Source: an uncultured Pelagibacteraceae bacterium
GTDB lineage: Bacteria; Pseudomonadota; Alphaproteobacteria; Pelagibacterales; Pelagibacteraceae
NCBI GenBank assembly: GCA_902589725.1
Contig: CACITU010000003.1
Span: 20,655 to 84,654 of the forward strand
Direction: 5' to 3'
Length of the DNA stretch: 64,000 bases
Shown here: in pieces, positions 21,688-31,900 of the stretch
Numbering within the stretch: position 1 is the stretch's first letter
Layout: each line of letters begins with the position of its first letter
Translations under genes and position numbers: made by a program
The notes under the pieces: model-generated
What the model was told of the DNA's origin: nothing
What the model saw: only the letters and a program-made list of their open reading frames with translations
Databases searched by the model: none

Positions 21688-22394
21688 TGGCATATTTTGA
21701 AGGAATAGAAATGACAGGTGGTTATGGTAATGGTCCTGATATTATTAGTTCGTGTTCAGTAAATGTAAATAAAGGTGAAATAGTTTCTATTTTAGGTCCT
21801 AATGGAGCTGGTAAATCAACTGCCATGAAAGCAATGTTGGGCTTGCTGAATTTAAAATCTGGATCAGTAAAAATTGATGGTAAGGATATTTCAAAATTAT
21901 CTCCTCAAGATCGAGTTAAGCAAGGTATTTCTTTTGTGCCACAGACTAAAAATGTTTTTTCAGGGATGACTGTTGAAGAAAATTTAGAAATGGGTGCATT
22001 TCTAGTTGAGGATGAAATCAAAAATATAATTGAGGAAATTTATGAATTATTTCCAATTTTAAGAGAGAAAAGAAATCAGTTGGTTGGTGAACTTTCTGGA
22101 GGTCAAAGACAACAAGTAGCTCTAGGTCGAGCTTTAATGATTAAACCCACTGTTTTAATGTTAGACGAGCCAACTGCTGGTGTATCGCCAATTGTGATGG
22201 ACGAATTATTTGATCATATTGTAAAAGTAAAAAGAACAAACGTTGCTATCCTAATGGTAGAACAAAATGCAAAACAAGCCTTAAGCATTTCAGATAGAGG
22301 CTATGTACTAGTGACTGGAGAAAATCGTTATTCAGGAACTGGAAAAGAATTATTAGACGATCCAAGAGTAAGAAGCTCTTTTTTGGGAGGGTAA
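21687..22394 (+). CDS. livF: HAAT ABC ATP-binding protein (LivF-like), second system
   Basis: GPNGAGKST, LSGGQRQ, LDEPTAG, VEQNA. Confidence 0.92.
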   Translation: MAYFEGIEMTGGYGNGPDIISSCSVNVNKGEIVSILGPNGAGKSTAMKAMLGLLNLKSGSVKIDGKDISKLSPQDRVKQGISFVPQTKNVFSGMTVEENLEMGAFLVEDEIKNIIEEIYELFPILREKRNQLVGELSGGQRQQVALGRALMIKPTVLMLDEPTAGVSPIVMDELFDHIVKVKRTNVAILMVEQNAKQALSISDRGYVLVTGENRYSGTGKELLDDPRVRSSFLGG

Positions 22395-22395
22395 T

Positions 22396-23406
22396 ATGGA
22401 TTTTGTAAATGCAATAATTCTTTTATTAAATTATATTTTCATTCCTGCATTAACTTATGGTTCTCAGTTAGCACTGGGTGCAATATTTGTAACACTTATT
22501 TATGGAATTTTACGATTTGCAAACTTCGCAACTGGTGACATGATGTCTTTTGGGACCATGGCAACGATTTTATTTACATGGTATTTTCAATCTTTAGGTG
22601 TTTCTTTAGGTGTTTTACCTACTGCTTTATTGGCTATTCCTTTTGGAATAATTTTCATGATTTTTTACATGCTATTAATAGATAAGTTTGTCTTTAAGTA
22701 TTACAGAAATCAAAAAAGTCCCCCAGTTCAATTTGCAATGGTGAGTATTGGTGTAATGTTTGTAACACAAGCAGTGGTCAGAATTATAATTGGACCTGGT
22801 GATAGAAGATTTTTTGATGGTGAAAAATTCATTATTAAAGCTCGTGAATTTAAAGAGATGACAGGTTTAAATGAAGGTCTTGCACTGAAATCTACTCAAG
22901 TGATTACTATTTTTGTAACAATAGTTTTAGTCTCTTTATTATTTTGGTTTTTAAATAGAACCAAAACTGGAAAAAGTATGAAAGCTTATTCTGATAATGA
23001 GGATCTTGCTTTGCTATCTGGTATTGATCCAAAAAAAATAGTTTTAGTTACTTGGGTTATTGCTGGCATTTTAGCTACAATTGGTGGAGCTTTGTATGGT
23101 TTAGATAAAAGTTTTAAACCATTTACTTATTTTAATAATATGCTTCCTATTTTTGCTGCTGCAATTGTTGGAGGAATTGGAAATCCATTTGGAGCCTTTT
23201 TAGGTGGATATGTAATTGCTTTTTCTGAAATACTCCTCACTTATGCATATAAAAAATTCTTTATGTATGTTTTACCAGAAAGCATGGAGCCAAATAGTTT
23301 AGTTCAGCTACTGTCAACAGATTACAAGTTTGCTGTATCGTTCTCTATTCTTGTAATTGTTTTAATTTATAGACCATCGGGAATATTTAAGGGGAAAGTA
23401 TTGTGA
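22396..23406 (+). CDS. livH: HAAT ABC permease (LivH-like), second system
   Basis: YGILRFANFATGD, KAYSDNEDLALLSGID, GGIGNPFGA. Confidence 0.9.
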   Translation: MDFVNAIILLLNYIFIPALTYGSQLALGAIFVTLIYGILRFANFATGDMMSFGTMATILFTWYFQSLGVSLGVLPTALLAIPFGIIFMIFYMLLIDKFVFKYYRNQKSPPVQFAMVSIGVMFVTQAVVRIIIGPGDRRFFDGEKFIIKAREFKEMTGLNEGLALKSTQVITIFVTIVLVSLLFWFLNRTKTGKSMKAYSDNEDLALLSGIDPKKIVLVTWVIAGILATIGGALYGLDKSFKPFTYFNNMLPIFAAAIVGGIGNPFGAFLGGYVIAFSEILLTYAYKKFFMYVLPESMEPNSLVQLLSTDYKFAVSFSILVIVLIYRPSGIFKGKVL

Positions 23407-24773
23407 GAAAAAACCTAAACGTAATTGCAGCTTACAGCATCATGATGGTGCTTATTCTAATGGTTGGGATATTTCAGTCTTGGAATATTGCTTTATCAAT
23501 ATTTAATCTTTGTTTGATTTCTGCAGTCATGACAATGGGTGCGAATATTCAATGGGGGTACGCAGGTTTAATTAATTTTGGAATTATGGGTTATACAGCT
23601 TTAGGTGGTTTAGCTGCAGTATTGATATCTGTCGATCCTGTTCAAGAAGCCTGGAGGGCAGGAGGTTTCGATATTCTAATGTCATTATGGCTGATAGTAG
23701 TAATGGTATTAGTTATAAGGTTTATTTTAAAAAGATTTGAAAAATCAAAAATCAGAACATACAGCATAGCTGCAATAATAATTTCAGGTATTTTACTTAT
23801 TAGATTTTCTGCAGAGCCAGGCATAGAAGCTATTGAAGCAGTCGATCCTGCTAAAACTGGTTTCTTAGGAGGATTTGGATTACCAATTATATTTTCTTGG
23901 ATAGTTGGAGCTCTTTTTGCAGGGGGTTTAGCATTTATAGTTGGAAAAGTTGCACTTGGTCTTAGAGCAGATTATTTAGCTATTGCTACTCTTCTTATTT
24001 CGGAAATTGTTATTGCAATTATTAAACACGAAGATTGGCTCACAAGAGGAGTTAAAAATGTTATTGGATTAAAAAGACCTGCACCTTATGAAGTAGATCT
24101 TCAAACAACTGATTGGTTTATTAAATTAGTTGAAAAGTTTAATGCAGGAAAATTAACTGTAATTGAGAATTTAGCTGATAGACAAGCTGCTTTAAACCAA
24201 CTTGTTATTGAAGGTTCATCAGTATTTGTAAAACTTTGTTATTCAGGATTATTCTTAGTAGTAGTAATTATTCTTTTAATTTTAACTCAAAAAGCTCTTT
24301 ATTCTCCTTGGGGAAGAATGATGAGAGCAATTAGAGATAATGAGGAAGCTGCAAATGCAATGGGTAAAAATGTTGTTAAGCAACATTTATTAATTTTTAT
24401 TTTAGGCTCTGCAATTGTTGGAATTGCGGGCGCAATGCTTGTTACACAAGATGGTTTATTTACTCCAGGAAGTTATAGACCTATGAGATATACTTTTTTG
24501 ATTTGGGTGATGGTAATTGTTGGAGGAAGTGGAAATAATTTTGGGGCAATTTTAGGAGGATTTGTTGTTTGGTTCTTATGGATTGAAGCTGCACCAATAT
24601 CATTATTTTTAATAAACTTTTTCACTGCGGGAATTCCCGAAACAAATGCACTTAAAGCTCATTTAATTGAAAGCGTTCCTTATTTCAGATTTTTACTGAT
24701 GGGATTAGGATTGTTGTTCATCATGAGGTATCGACCTAAAGGTATACTTCCTGAAAAAATAGAAATAAAGTAA
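23403..24773 (+). CDS. livM: HAAT ABC permease (LivM-like), second system
   Basis: QWGYAGLINFG, LRADYLAIATL, AIRDNEEAA, VGGSGNN. Confidence 0.9.
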   Translation: MRKNLNVIAAYSIMMVLILMVGIFQSWNIALSIFNLCLISAVMTMGANIQWGYAGLINFGIMGYTALGGLAAVLISVDPVQEAWRAGGFDILMSLWLIVVMVLVIRFILKRFEKSKIRTYSIAAIIISGILLIRFSAEPGIEAIEAVDPAKTGFLGGFGLPIIFSWIVGALFAGGLAFIVGKVALGLRADYLAIATLLISEIVIAIIKHEDWLTRGVKNVIGLKRPAPYEVDLQTTDWFIKLVEKFNAGKLTVIENLADRQAALNQLVIEGSSVFVKLCYSGLFLVVVIILLILTQKALYSPWGRMMRAIRDNEEAANAMGKNVVKQHLLIFILGSAIVGIAGAMLVTQDGLFTPGSYRPMRYTFLIWVMVIVGGSGNNFGAILGGFVVWFLWIEAAPISLFLINFFTAGIPETNALKAHLIESVPYFRFLLMGLGLLFIMRYRPKGILPEKIEIK

Positions 24774-24778
24774 ACATA

Positions 24779-24850
24779 ATGAAATATATTATATTAGGTG
24801 CTGCTGCTGCTTGGGCTTTGTATATGGCTGATAAGTATTTATTCTTTTAA
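24779..24850 (+). CDS. Small hydrophobic peptide, 23 aa (MKYIILGAAAAWALYMADKYLFF); not in the ORF track
   Basis: ATG 5 nt after the livM stop; its TAA overlaps the next ATG (TAATG); single-TM-like composition. Confidence 0.6.
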   Translation: MKYIILGAAAAWALYMADKYLFF

Positions 24851-26019
24851 TGAATAAAAATCTTTCGTTACTTATATTAAGTCAGATTTTCGCTTTTACA
24901 GCTGCACCGGTCACCGTTTTTTTAAGCGGCATAATTGGTTCAAAATTTAGTCCAATAAAATCTTTAGCTACTCTTCCAATGGCTTTGTCAGTTGTTGGAA
25001 TTGCGTTATTCGCTTTTTTTGCTGCAAAGCTAATGAGTATAATTGGAAGAAAATTAGGTTTTATATTTGCATCAATAGGTACATGTTTTGCATCTCTTTT
25101 AACTGCATACTCTATAATTATAGAAAGTTTTGTCTTATATAATTTAGGATGCTTTTTAATTGGTGGAGGAATAGCTTTTAGCCATCAATATCGTTTTGCA
25201 GCAGTGGAGGTTGTGGATAAGGATTATGCACCTAAAGCAATTTCTATCATTTTGTTAGCAGGAATAGGTTCGGCGTTTATCGGTCCTAACATTGCAAACA
25301 TTTCTAAAGGACTTATCTCAAATCATATGTATGCAGGTTCCTATATCGCACTCGCCATTTTATCTATCTCATCAACAATATTTTTAATTTTTTATCAGGA
25401 ACCAAAAACGATATCTAGTAATCAATATAAAACTGGAAGAAGTTTTTTTGAGCTTATCTCTCAACCTAGATTTCTACAGGCGCTCGTAGCTTCAGCTTTT
25501 GCCTATGCTGTAATGACTTTTTTAATGACAGCAACTCCTATAAGTATGCATCTGATGGAGAAAATAAGTTTAAGCAAGACTGGATTTGTTATTCAGCTTC
25601 ATATAGCAGCCATGTTTTTACCTTCACTGGTTACAGGAAATTTAATTAAAAGATTTGGTCATAGTAAAATAATGTATGTGGGAGTTTTATTGTTTTTAGT
25701 CACAATTATTACCAGTTTATTCGAACAGAATTATATTAACTATATGGTTGCACTTATTTTCCTGGGGCTAGGGTGGAATTTTTTATTTATATCAGGAACG
25801 AGCTTACTTGTTTTGTGTTACAGAGAAGAGGAAAAATTTAGAGCTCAAGGATATAATGATTTAATTGTTTATTCTATACAAGCATTAGCCAGTTTGTCTG
25901 CTGGAGTATTTCTTAGCTTAACTAGCTGGAAAACTATGAATTTAATATGTTTGATTTTTCTAATTATCATAGCTCTATCTACCATAAGAGCTGATTTAAA
26001 AAAAAACCCCAGTAATTAA
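24850..26019 (+). CDS. MFS transporter
   Basis: About 12 TM segments, IGRKLGF, QYRFAAVE, GLGWNFLFISGT. Confidence 0.88.
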   Translation: MNKNLSLLILSQIFAFTAAPVTVFLSGIIGSKFSPIKSLATLPMALSVVGIALFAFFAAKLMSIIGRKLGFIFASIGTCFASLLTAYSIIIESFVLYNLGCFLIGGGIAFSHQYRFAAVEVVDKDYAPKAISIILLAGIGSAFIGPNIANISKGLISNHMYAGSYIALAILSISSTIFLIFYQEPKTISSNQYKTGRSFFELISQPRFLQALVASAFAYAVMTFLMTATPISMHLMEKISLSKTGFVIQLHIAAMFLPSLVTGNLIKRFGHSKIMYVGVLLFLVTIITSLFEQNYINYMVALIFLGLGWNFLFISGTSLLVLCYREEEKFRAQGYNDLIVYSIQALASLSAGVFLSLTSWKTMNLICLIFLIIIALSTIRADLKKNPSN

Positions 26020-26035
26020 ATTACCGGGGTTTTTT
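25998..26035. terminator. Bidirectional intrinsic terminator between convergent MFS and livJ
   Basis: A-run CCCCAGTAAT-TAA-ATTACCGGGG T-run, one mismatch. Confidence 0.85.
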
Positions 26036-26051
26036 GAATTAAGATAAAAAA

Positions 26052-27242
26052 TTATCTTTGTTTTTTAGTTTTGAATTTTCCGCCTTTAATTTCTTGTTCT
26101 AAGAAAGAACCTTCAGCTTCACCAACACTAGTAAAAGTTACTCCAGTAGCACCTTCGTAATTAATCTTTTTACCTTTTGCTAGTAAGTCTAAACCTTTCT
26201 TAAGTTCACCTGGATAAATTTTAGTTCCAGGAGCATTAGCAACATCCATTACATTTTTTGCAATTGATGCTCTGTCAGCAGAGTTACCTGCTTGCATTGC
26301 AAGAACGATTAAAGCCGCTGCATCGTAAGATTCACCTGTGTAAGGACCAGAAGCTTCTACACCTCCAGCTTTTGCAACTTCAGCAAATATACCTGCACCT
26401 TTACCAGTAGAACCTGGTAATGATCCAAATGATTTACTTAAATCTTTTCCGAATGCATCAACTAAAGATTGACCAATCATACCATCTGATAAAATAAATC
26501 TATCAAACGCACCAGAGTCTAAAGAAGCTTGAATAATTCCTTTTCCTCCTTGGTCAAGATAACCAATAACTGCTACAGCATCACCACCAGCAGAAGCAAG
26601 AGTTGCTACTTCAGATGAGTAATCTGCTTTTCCATCTTCGTGAGCAGTTACAGTTGTAACTTTAATACCATGAGCTTCAACTGCTGCTTTGTAAACATCA
26701 GCTAAACCTTTACCATAGTCATTGTTAGTATAAGTGATTGCAACACTTTTTACTTTTCTGTCTTTAGTTATATCAGCTAAAATTTGACCACCTCTAGCAT
26801 CTGATGGAGCAGTTCTAAAGAAATACCCTTTGTCATCTAGAGTTGTTAATCCTGGAGAAGTAGCTGAAGGTGAAATCATTACTACACCATTTGGTACAGC
26901 AACGTTAGTTGCAATAGCACCAGTTACACCTGAACAGTCTGCTCCCATAATTGCAGCTACACCACCTGAAATTAAACCTTCAGCTGCAGCTGTTGCCGCT
27001 GCTGAGTCAACACAAGTTGAGTCTGCTCTTACTGGCTCAATTTTTTTTCCACCTAATAGTGAGCCTGAATCTGAGGCTTCTTTAAATGCAAGCTCTGCAG
27101 ATGCAGCCATAGCTGGAGTTAGAGATTCAATAGGACCAGTGAATCCTAAGATGATCCCCATTTTAATCGAATGTCCGTCTGCCATTACATTTGAACCAAA
27201 ACTTGATACAAACATAAATACAGCGATAAATAGTTTTCTCAT
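26052..27242 (-). CDS. livJ: HAAT/LivJ-family ABC substrate-binding protein (partner of the 20899-24773 system)
   Basis: Signal peptide MRKLFIAV, SPSATSP, FFRTAPSD, NNDYGKGL, YDAA; SD GAGG; strong codon bias. Confidence 0.88.
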   Translation of the reverse strand: MRKLFIAVFMFVSSFGSNVMADGHSIKMGIILGFTGPIESLTPAMAASAELAFKEASDSGSLLGGKKIEPVRADSTCVDSAAATAAAEGLISGGVAAIMGADCSGVTGAIATNVAVPNGVVMISPSATSPGLTTLDDKGYFFRTAPSDARGGQILADITKDRKVKSVAITYTNNDYGKGLADVYKAAVEAHGIKVTTVTAHEDGKADYSSEVATLASAGGDAVAVIGYLDQGGKGIIQASLDSGAFDRFILSDGMIGQSLVDAFGKDLSKSFGSLPGSTGKGAGIFAEVAKAGGVEASGPYTGESYDAAALIVLAMQAGNSADRASIAKNVMDVANAPGTKIYPGELKKGLDLLAKGKKINYEGATGVTFTSVGEAEGSFLEQEIKGGKFKTKKQR

Positions 27243-27349
27243 TATCTTCCTCTTTATTGTTAACAATTTATAAAAACCAATTTAAGTATGAATACAATCA
27301 ATATTCAATGACAAAATTATCCTATTTTAGATGGGTTAATTGATACGGA

Positions 27350-28831
27350 TTATCTTATTGAGAAAGGGTCTAGAGAAGGTTCGTCTGATGTGTAGAACCA
27401 AGTTGTTTTTACTCTTGTGTAGTCTTTAATTGAGTCAATTCCCGCTTCTTTCCCATATCCACTGTCTTTAATACCTCCAAATGGTGCAGATGGTGAAATT
27501 AATCGATAAGTGTTAACAAAAGTTATTCCTGCCCTAATTGCTTTCGAAACTCTCATGCCTTTAGATAAATTGCTTGTATAAACCCCAGAAGATAATCCAT
27601 ATTGATTATCGTTCATTTTAGAAATTACTTCTTCTTCCGTATCAAATTTCATTACTGATAATACAGGTCCAAATAATTCGTTTTCTGCTACAGGCAGATT
27701 ATGATTGTCACATTCAATAATTGTTGGGGGAAAGTAATACCCTTTATTTGAGAAAGAATGTCTTTCACCTCCACACTTAATTTTTCCACCTTGATCAATT
27801 GTCTCTTTAATATTTTTTTCTATTACTTCCAATTGTTTAAAATTACTTAAAGGACCCATCTCAGTTTCAGGATCCATTGGTGCTCCAATTTTTATTTTTG
27901 ATGCACGATTTGAAAGCTTATTTAAAAATTCATCGTAAATTCCTTTTTGCAAATAAAGTCTTGATCCTGCTATACAACTTTGTCCACTTGCACCGAATAT
28001 ACCTGCAGTAATTCCATTTATTGCATTTTCTTGTTCTGCATCATCAAATACTGCAACTGGGCTTTTTCCACCCAATTCCAAACTTACTTCAGATAAATTT
28101 TCAGCAGAGTTTCTAATTATATGTCTCGCTGTTTCAGGACCTCCGGTAAATGCAACTTTTTCAACTAGATTGTGCGTAGTCAAACTTTTACCACAAGGAT
28201 CCCCAAATCCTGTAATTACATTCACCACACCTTTAGGGATACCAGTTTTTTCAATTAATTTTGCAAATTCAAATAAAACAGCAGGAGCAAGTTCGGAGGA
28301 TTTAATTACAACTGTGTTACCCATTGCAAGAGCTGGCGCAACTTTAGTGGCAGTTAAAAACATTTGTGAATTCCAAGGAATTATTGCAGCTATAACACCT
28401 ATAGGTATTCTAGTTGTTATTGCTTGAACATTTGGTTTATCTATTGGCAAAACTGTTCCTTCAACTTTATCTGCCAAGCCAGCATAATAGTCGTAATATT
28501 CTGCTATATAAACTGCTTGCTTTTTTGTTTCTCTGTAAAGTTTTCCGGTATCAATTGTTTCTATTTCTCCTAGCATTTCTGCATTCTCTCTTAATTGATT
28601 TCCAATAGCTCTTAAATATTTAGCTCTTTCTCTAGGAAGTAACTTTGGCCATTCACCCTCGAATGCTTTTTGAGCAGCTTTAACTGCATTATCAACATCT
28701 TTAGCACTTGCTTCTGGAACAACTGCCCATGGTTCATTATGTTCTGGATTTAAAGTTTCAAATGTTTTTTTACTTTCAGAGTCTACCCACTCACCATTAA
28801 TAAACATTTTATATTGCTTTAATTTACTCAT
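27350..28831 (-). CDS. Aldehyde dehydrogenase (TgnC-like by context)
   Basis: PWNSQ, FTGG, LELGGKSP, GQSCIAGSR, ELFGPV, PFGGIKDSGYGKE. Confidence 0.93.
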   Translation of the reverse strand: MSKLKQYKMFINGEWVDSESKKTFETLNPEHNEPWAVVPEASAKDVDNAVKAAQKAFEGEWPKLLPRERAKYLRAIGNQLRENAEMLGEIETIDTGKLYRETKKQAVYIAEYYDYYAGLADKVEGTVLPIDKPNVQAITTRIPIGVIAAIIPWNSQMFLTATKVAPALAMGNTVVIKSSELAPAVLFEFAKLIEKTGIPKGVVNVITGFGDPCGKSLTTHNLVEKVAFTGGPETARHIIRNSAENLSEVSLELGGKSPVAVFDDAEQENAINGITAGIFGASGQSCIAGSRLYLQKGIYDEFLNKLSNRASKIKIGAPMDPETEMGPLSNFKQLEVIEKNIKETIDQGGKIKCGGERHSFSNKGYYFPPTIIECDNHNLPVAENELFGPVLSVMKFDTEEEVISKMNDNQYGLSSGVYTSNLSKGMRVSKAIRAGITFVNTYRLISPSAPFGGIKDSGYGKEAGIDSIKDYTRVKTTWFYTSDEPSLDPFSIR

Positions 28832-29606
28832 CTGATCCAATAAAATTTTTGATTGTTAAATTTACATCATCAGCACACTCAATACCACAAAGATGTTTTC
28901 CATCTTTAATGATCTTTAATTGACTTTTAGATATCAAACTATTCAATTCTTGAGACATTTTTACAGTTGAGCCAATGTCGTATTCACCTGTCATAATCAG
29001 TGTACTTGCTTTAATTTTATTAAAATCTTCGTCATTTTTATGATTAACGAATAGCTCGTAAACCTTTAAAAAATTATTCATATTATTTGCGGACAAAATT
29101 GAACTTATTTTTTCATAAATTTCTGGATTATTTTTTAGATATTTATCAGTAAACCATCTTTTCAGGGCTTGTTTTGAGAGTTTTAATTCTTTTTTTGCTT
29201 GTTCAAATCTTTGATTAACAATTTTTTGTTGTTCCTCAGTTCTTTTATAAATAGAACACAAAAGAGTTAAGGTTTGTAAACGTTCATTATGTTTAGTTGC
29301 AAAATTTCGTGCGATTAAAGACCCTATAGAGAAACCTATAAGATGTATTTTTTTTATATTAAGATGGTCCATTAATGTAATTAGTTGGTCAGAAAAATTA
29401 TCAAAACTAATTTCCTTATTTTCTAATGAAGACTTTCCATGACCTAAAATGTCATAAGCAAGAGTCGAATGATAATTAAAAAATTTAAGTTGAGGCTGCC
29501 ACATTTCGTGAGTAAGACCCACACCATGCACAAATACTATTGGCACATCTTGATCCTTTTTATTGAATAAGTAATAAGTTCCTGAGGCAGTAGTTCCTGT
29601 CGTCAT
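28824..29606 (-). CDS. Alpha/beta hydrolase (TgnD-like by context)
   Basis: HGVG oxyanion motif, DILGHG, GFSIG nucleophile elbow, GEYD, C-terminal His (GKHL). Confidence 0.88.
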   Translation of the reverse strand: MTTGTTASGTYYLFNKKDQDVPIVFVHGVGLTHEMWQPQLKFFNYHSTLAYDILGHGKSSLENKEISFDNFSDQLITLMDHLNIKKIHLIGFSIGSLIARNFATKHNERLQTLTLLCSIYKRTEEQQKIVNQRFEQAKKELKLSKQALKRWFTDKYLKNNPEIYEKISSILSANNMNNFLKVYELFVNHKNDEDFNKIKASTLIMTGEYDIGSTVKMSQELNSLISKSQLKIIKDGKHLCGIECADDVNLTIKNFIGSDE

Positions 29607-29612
29607 CAAGAA

Positions 29613-30200
29613 TTATTTTGGCTCGATACCCATTTCTTTCATGTCTTGATATCTATCACCAGTTCTTGCATGTGCTCTACCACTTGATGCCCCACCAATT
29701 GCAATAACCACCTCATCATCAAAGGGTGCATCATGAATAGTAAATTCATGAGTTAGGTAATATGGTCTCAATCCAGAATCTGTTTTATGCATCATAGGAA
29801 TTGCGATCTTTGATCCAGCAGGTCCCCTTGTATTTGTAAAACTTAAATAGGAAGTTCCACCAACAGCATCTCTAAATTTATTACCAAACCTTAAAGTATG
29901 AATAAAAGCTGAAGCATGCTCTATTTCACCGTTCAATCCAACTATACCTGCCTTACCATATGCTAATATTTTTTCAGGTGATCCTATTTCTTTTATCAAT
30001 TCTGGAACAAGTAAATCACCTAGCTTTGGTGCAAGATTTAAAATAGTTGGTCTGAGATCTTCAACAAAACCCTGACCATGCCATGGATTTTTAAACACAG
30101 CTGCTACTGATACCATTAAAACTGGTTCTTTCGCTTCTTTACCACCTTCAATAAAAGTCTTGTCTACAAATTTTGTAAATTTTCTTAATTCTAATTTCAT
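29613..30200 (-). CDS. DUF1185 / amino acid synthesis family protein (TgnF-like)
   Basis: NPWHG, YGKAGIVGLNGEIEHASAFIH, IPMMHK, DAPFDDE, GRAHAR. Confidence 0.88.
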   Translation of the reverse strand: MKLELRKFTKFVDKTFIEGGKEAKEPVLMVSVAAVFKNPWHGQGFVEDLRPTILNLAPKLGDLLVPELIKEIGSPEKILAYGKAGIVGLNGEIEHASAFIHTLRFGNKFRDAVGGTSYLSFTNTRGPAGSKIAIPMMHKTDSGLRPYYLTHEFTIHDAPFDDEVVIAIGGASSGRAHARTGDRYQDMKEMGIEPK

Positions 30201-31900
30201 TTTTTTATTCTATGTTTGAAACTATCTCTTCTAAAACTGTATAATGCTTTCGGATCTACATCAACATCTATCACAGATGGCTTGTTCGATTTAATTGCTG
30301 CTCTTACAGCTTCATTAATCTCAGAAATTTTTTTAACTTTAAAACCTTTTGCGCCATAAAGTTCTGCAACTTTATCAAAGGATGGACTGGTAATATCTGC
30401 ACCTAAATATCTTTTTCCAAAAAAATCTTTTTGATAAGCTTTTTCTGCGCCCCAACTTTGATTGTTCATCACAATAGTTGTTGTATTAATTCCATATTCA
30501 ACAGCAGTGCTTAACTCAGAAATTGTCATGCCGAAACCCCCATCACCCATAAGACTAACAACTGTTTTTTTAGGCTTTGCAACCTTGACACCAAGGCCAC
30601 ATGCAAAAGAAAAACCAACTAAACCAAAATCCAATGGAGTAAATAATGAAGGAGGATCATAATATTCTAAAGCATCTGTAGCTTGCAAACATAACGTTCC
30701 AGCATCCAGAGTAATTGCTGAGTTTCTTGGTAGCACTTTTCTTAATTGTTTAAATAGCCCTTTCGGTTGTATAGGAAAATTTGAACCCAAATTTTCTTTA
30801 TTTCTATTTATCAAATAATCTTTTCTCTCTTTTAAATAAGAGTTTGTCCAATCTTTAATATTTAGTTCAATTTTCTCTTTTTTAATCTCTTCGTAAAGCT
30901 GTTTAGTTGCAGTCGCAGCATCTGCGTGTATCTTAACCTTTACAGGAAAATATTTTCCAAGCATTGTTTTTTCCAGTTCAATTTGAATTATTTTTGTTTC
31001 TTTATTTATATTTTCATAGGAGTAAAAAGTTGAATTAAATCCTAAACGCGTTCCAATTGCTAAAATAACATCTGCATTTTTAACTAATCTTGATGCAACA
31101 GGATTTCCTCTAGGACCCATTTGCCCAGCATTTAATTTATGATCAAAAGGAATTGCATCTCCATGACCTGCTGCTGTAACAATAGGTAAATTGCATAGCT
31201 CAGCTAATTTTATTACCTCTTTGTATTTAGAATTATATTTAATTCCTGCACCAACAATAATTACTGAACATTTTGAAGATCCAATTAATTTTGCAGCCTT
31301 TTTGATATTTTCTTTATTTCCTTTTTGTTTGCTCTCATTTTCGAACGATGGTTTTTTAACATTGATATTATACTTGTTTGAAGCTGCTAATATATTTCTT
31401 GGTAAATTTACACATACAGGTCCCTTTCTAGGTTTCATTGCCAAACTAAAAGCATCACTCATAATTTTTGGAATTATTTTTGAATTTTTTATAGTCCAGG
31501 TTTTCTTTGTAATAGGTGCAAACAAAGACTGTTGATCTAAACCTTGGAATGCATCTTCCATTTTATCTTTAGTTGAATACGAACCTGCAATTGCAACGAC
31601 TGGAGAAAAAGCTGCTTTTGCTTGAGCAATGCCTGTAACTAAATTAGTAGCGCCAGGTCCGTTTTGGCCTGCAATAATTACCCCAGGTCTATTGGATGCT
31701 CTTGCATAACCATCAGCCATATGTGTGCCGGTTCTTTCATCTCTGACACCAATAAATTTTATACTTTTCTCATGATAAAGAGCATCAAACATTTCCATTG
31801 TTGCTGAACCAATAAGTCCAAAAACATGTTTTACTCTCTCTTTTTTTAAAGATTGAACAGCAGCTTGTCCGCCGCTAATTCTTTTTCGTCTTTTATTCAC
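30197..31900 (-). CDS. ThDP-dependent enzyme, acetolactate synthase-like superfamily, distantly Xsc-like
   Basis: RDE...ADGYAR, GQNGPGATN, GDGGFGM...NN ThDP motif, WGAEK segment. Confidence 0.88.
   Translation of the reverse strand: MNKRRKRISGGQAAVQSLKKERVKHVFGLIGSATMEMFDALYHEKSIKFIGVRDERTGTHMADGYARASNRPGVIIAGQNGPGATNLVTGIAQAKAAFSPVVAIAGSYSTKDKMEDAFQGLDQQSLFAPITKKTWTIKNSKIIPKIMSDAFSLAMKPRKGPVCVNLPRNILAASNKYNINVKKPSFENESKQKGNKENIKKAAKLIGSSKCSVIIVGAGIKYNSKYKEVIKLAELCNLPIVTAAGHGDAIPFDHKLNAGQMGPRGNPVASRLVKNADVILAIGTRLGFNSTFYSYENINKETKIIQIELEKTMLGKYFPVKVKIHADAATATKQLYEEIKKEKIELNIKDWTNSYLKERKDYLINRNKENLGSNFPIQPKGLFKQLRKVLPRNSAITLDAGTLCLQATDALEYYDPPSLFTPLDFGLVGFSFACGLGVKVAKPKKTVVSLMGDGGFGMTISELSTAVEYGINTTTIVMNNQSWGAEKAYQKDFFGKRYLGADITSPSFDKVAELYGAKGFKVKKISEINEAVRAAIKSNKPSVIDVDVDPKALYSFRRDSFKHRIKK

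Noticed and set aside
26830-27273. 147-aa plus-strand ORF
   Set aside because: Antisense shadow of the codon-biased livJ gene; no family motifs.
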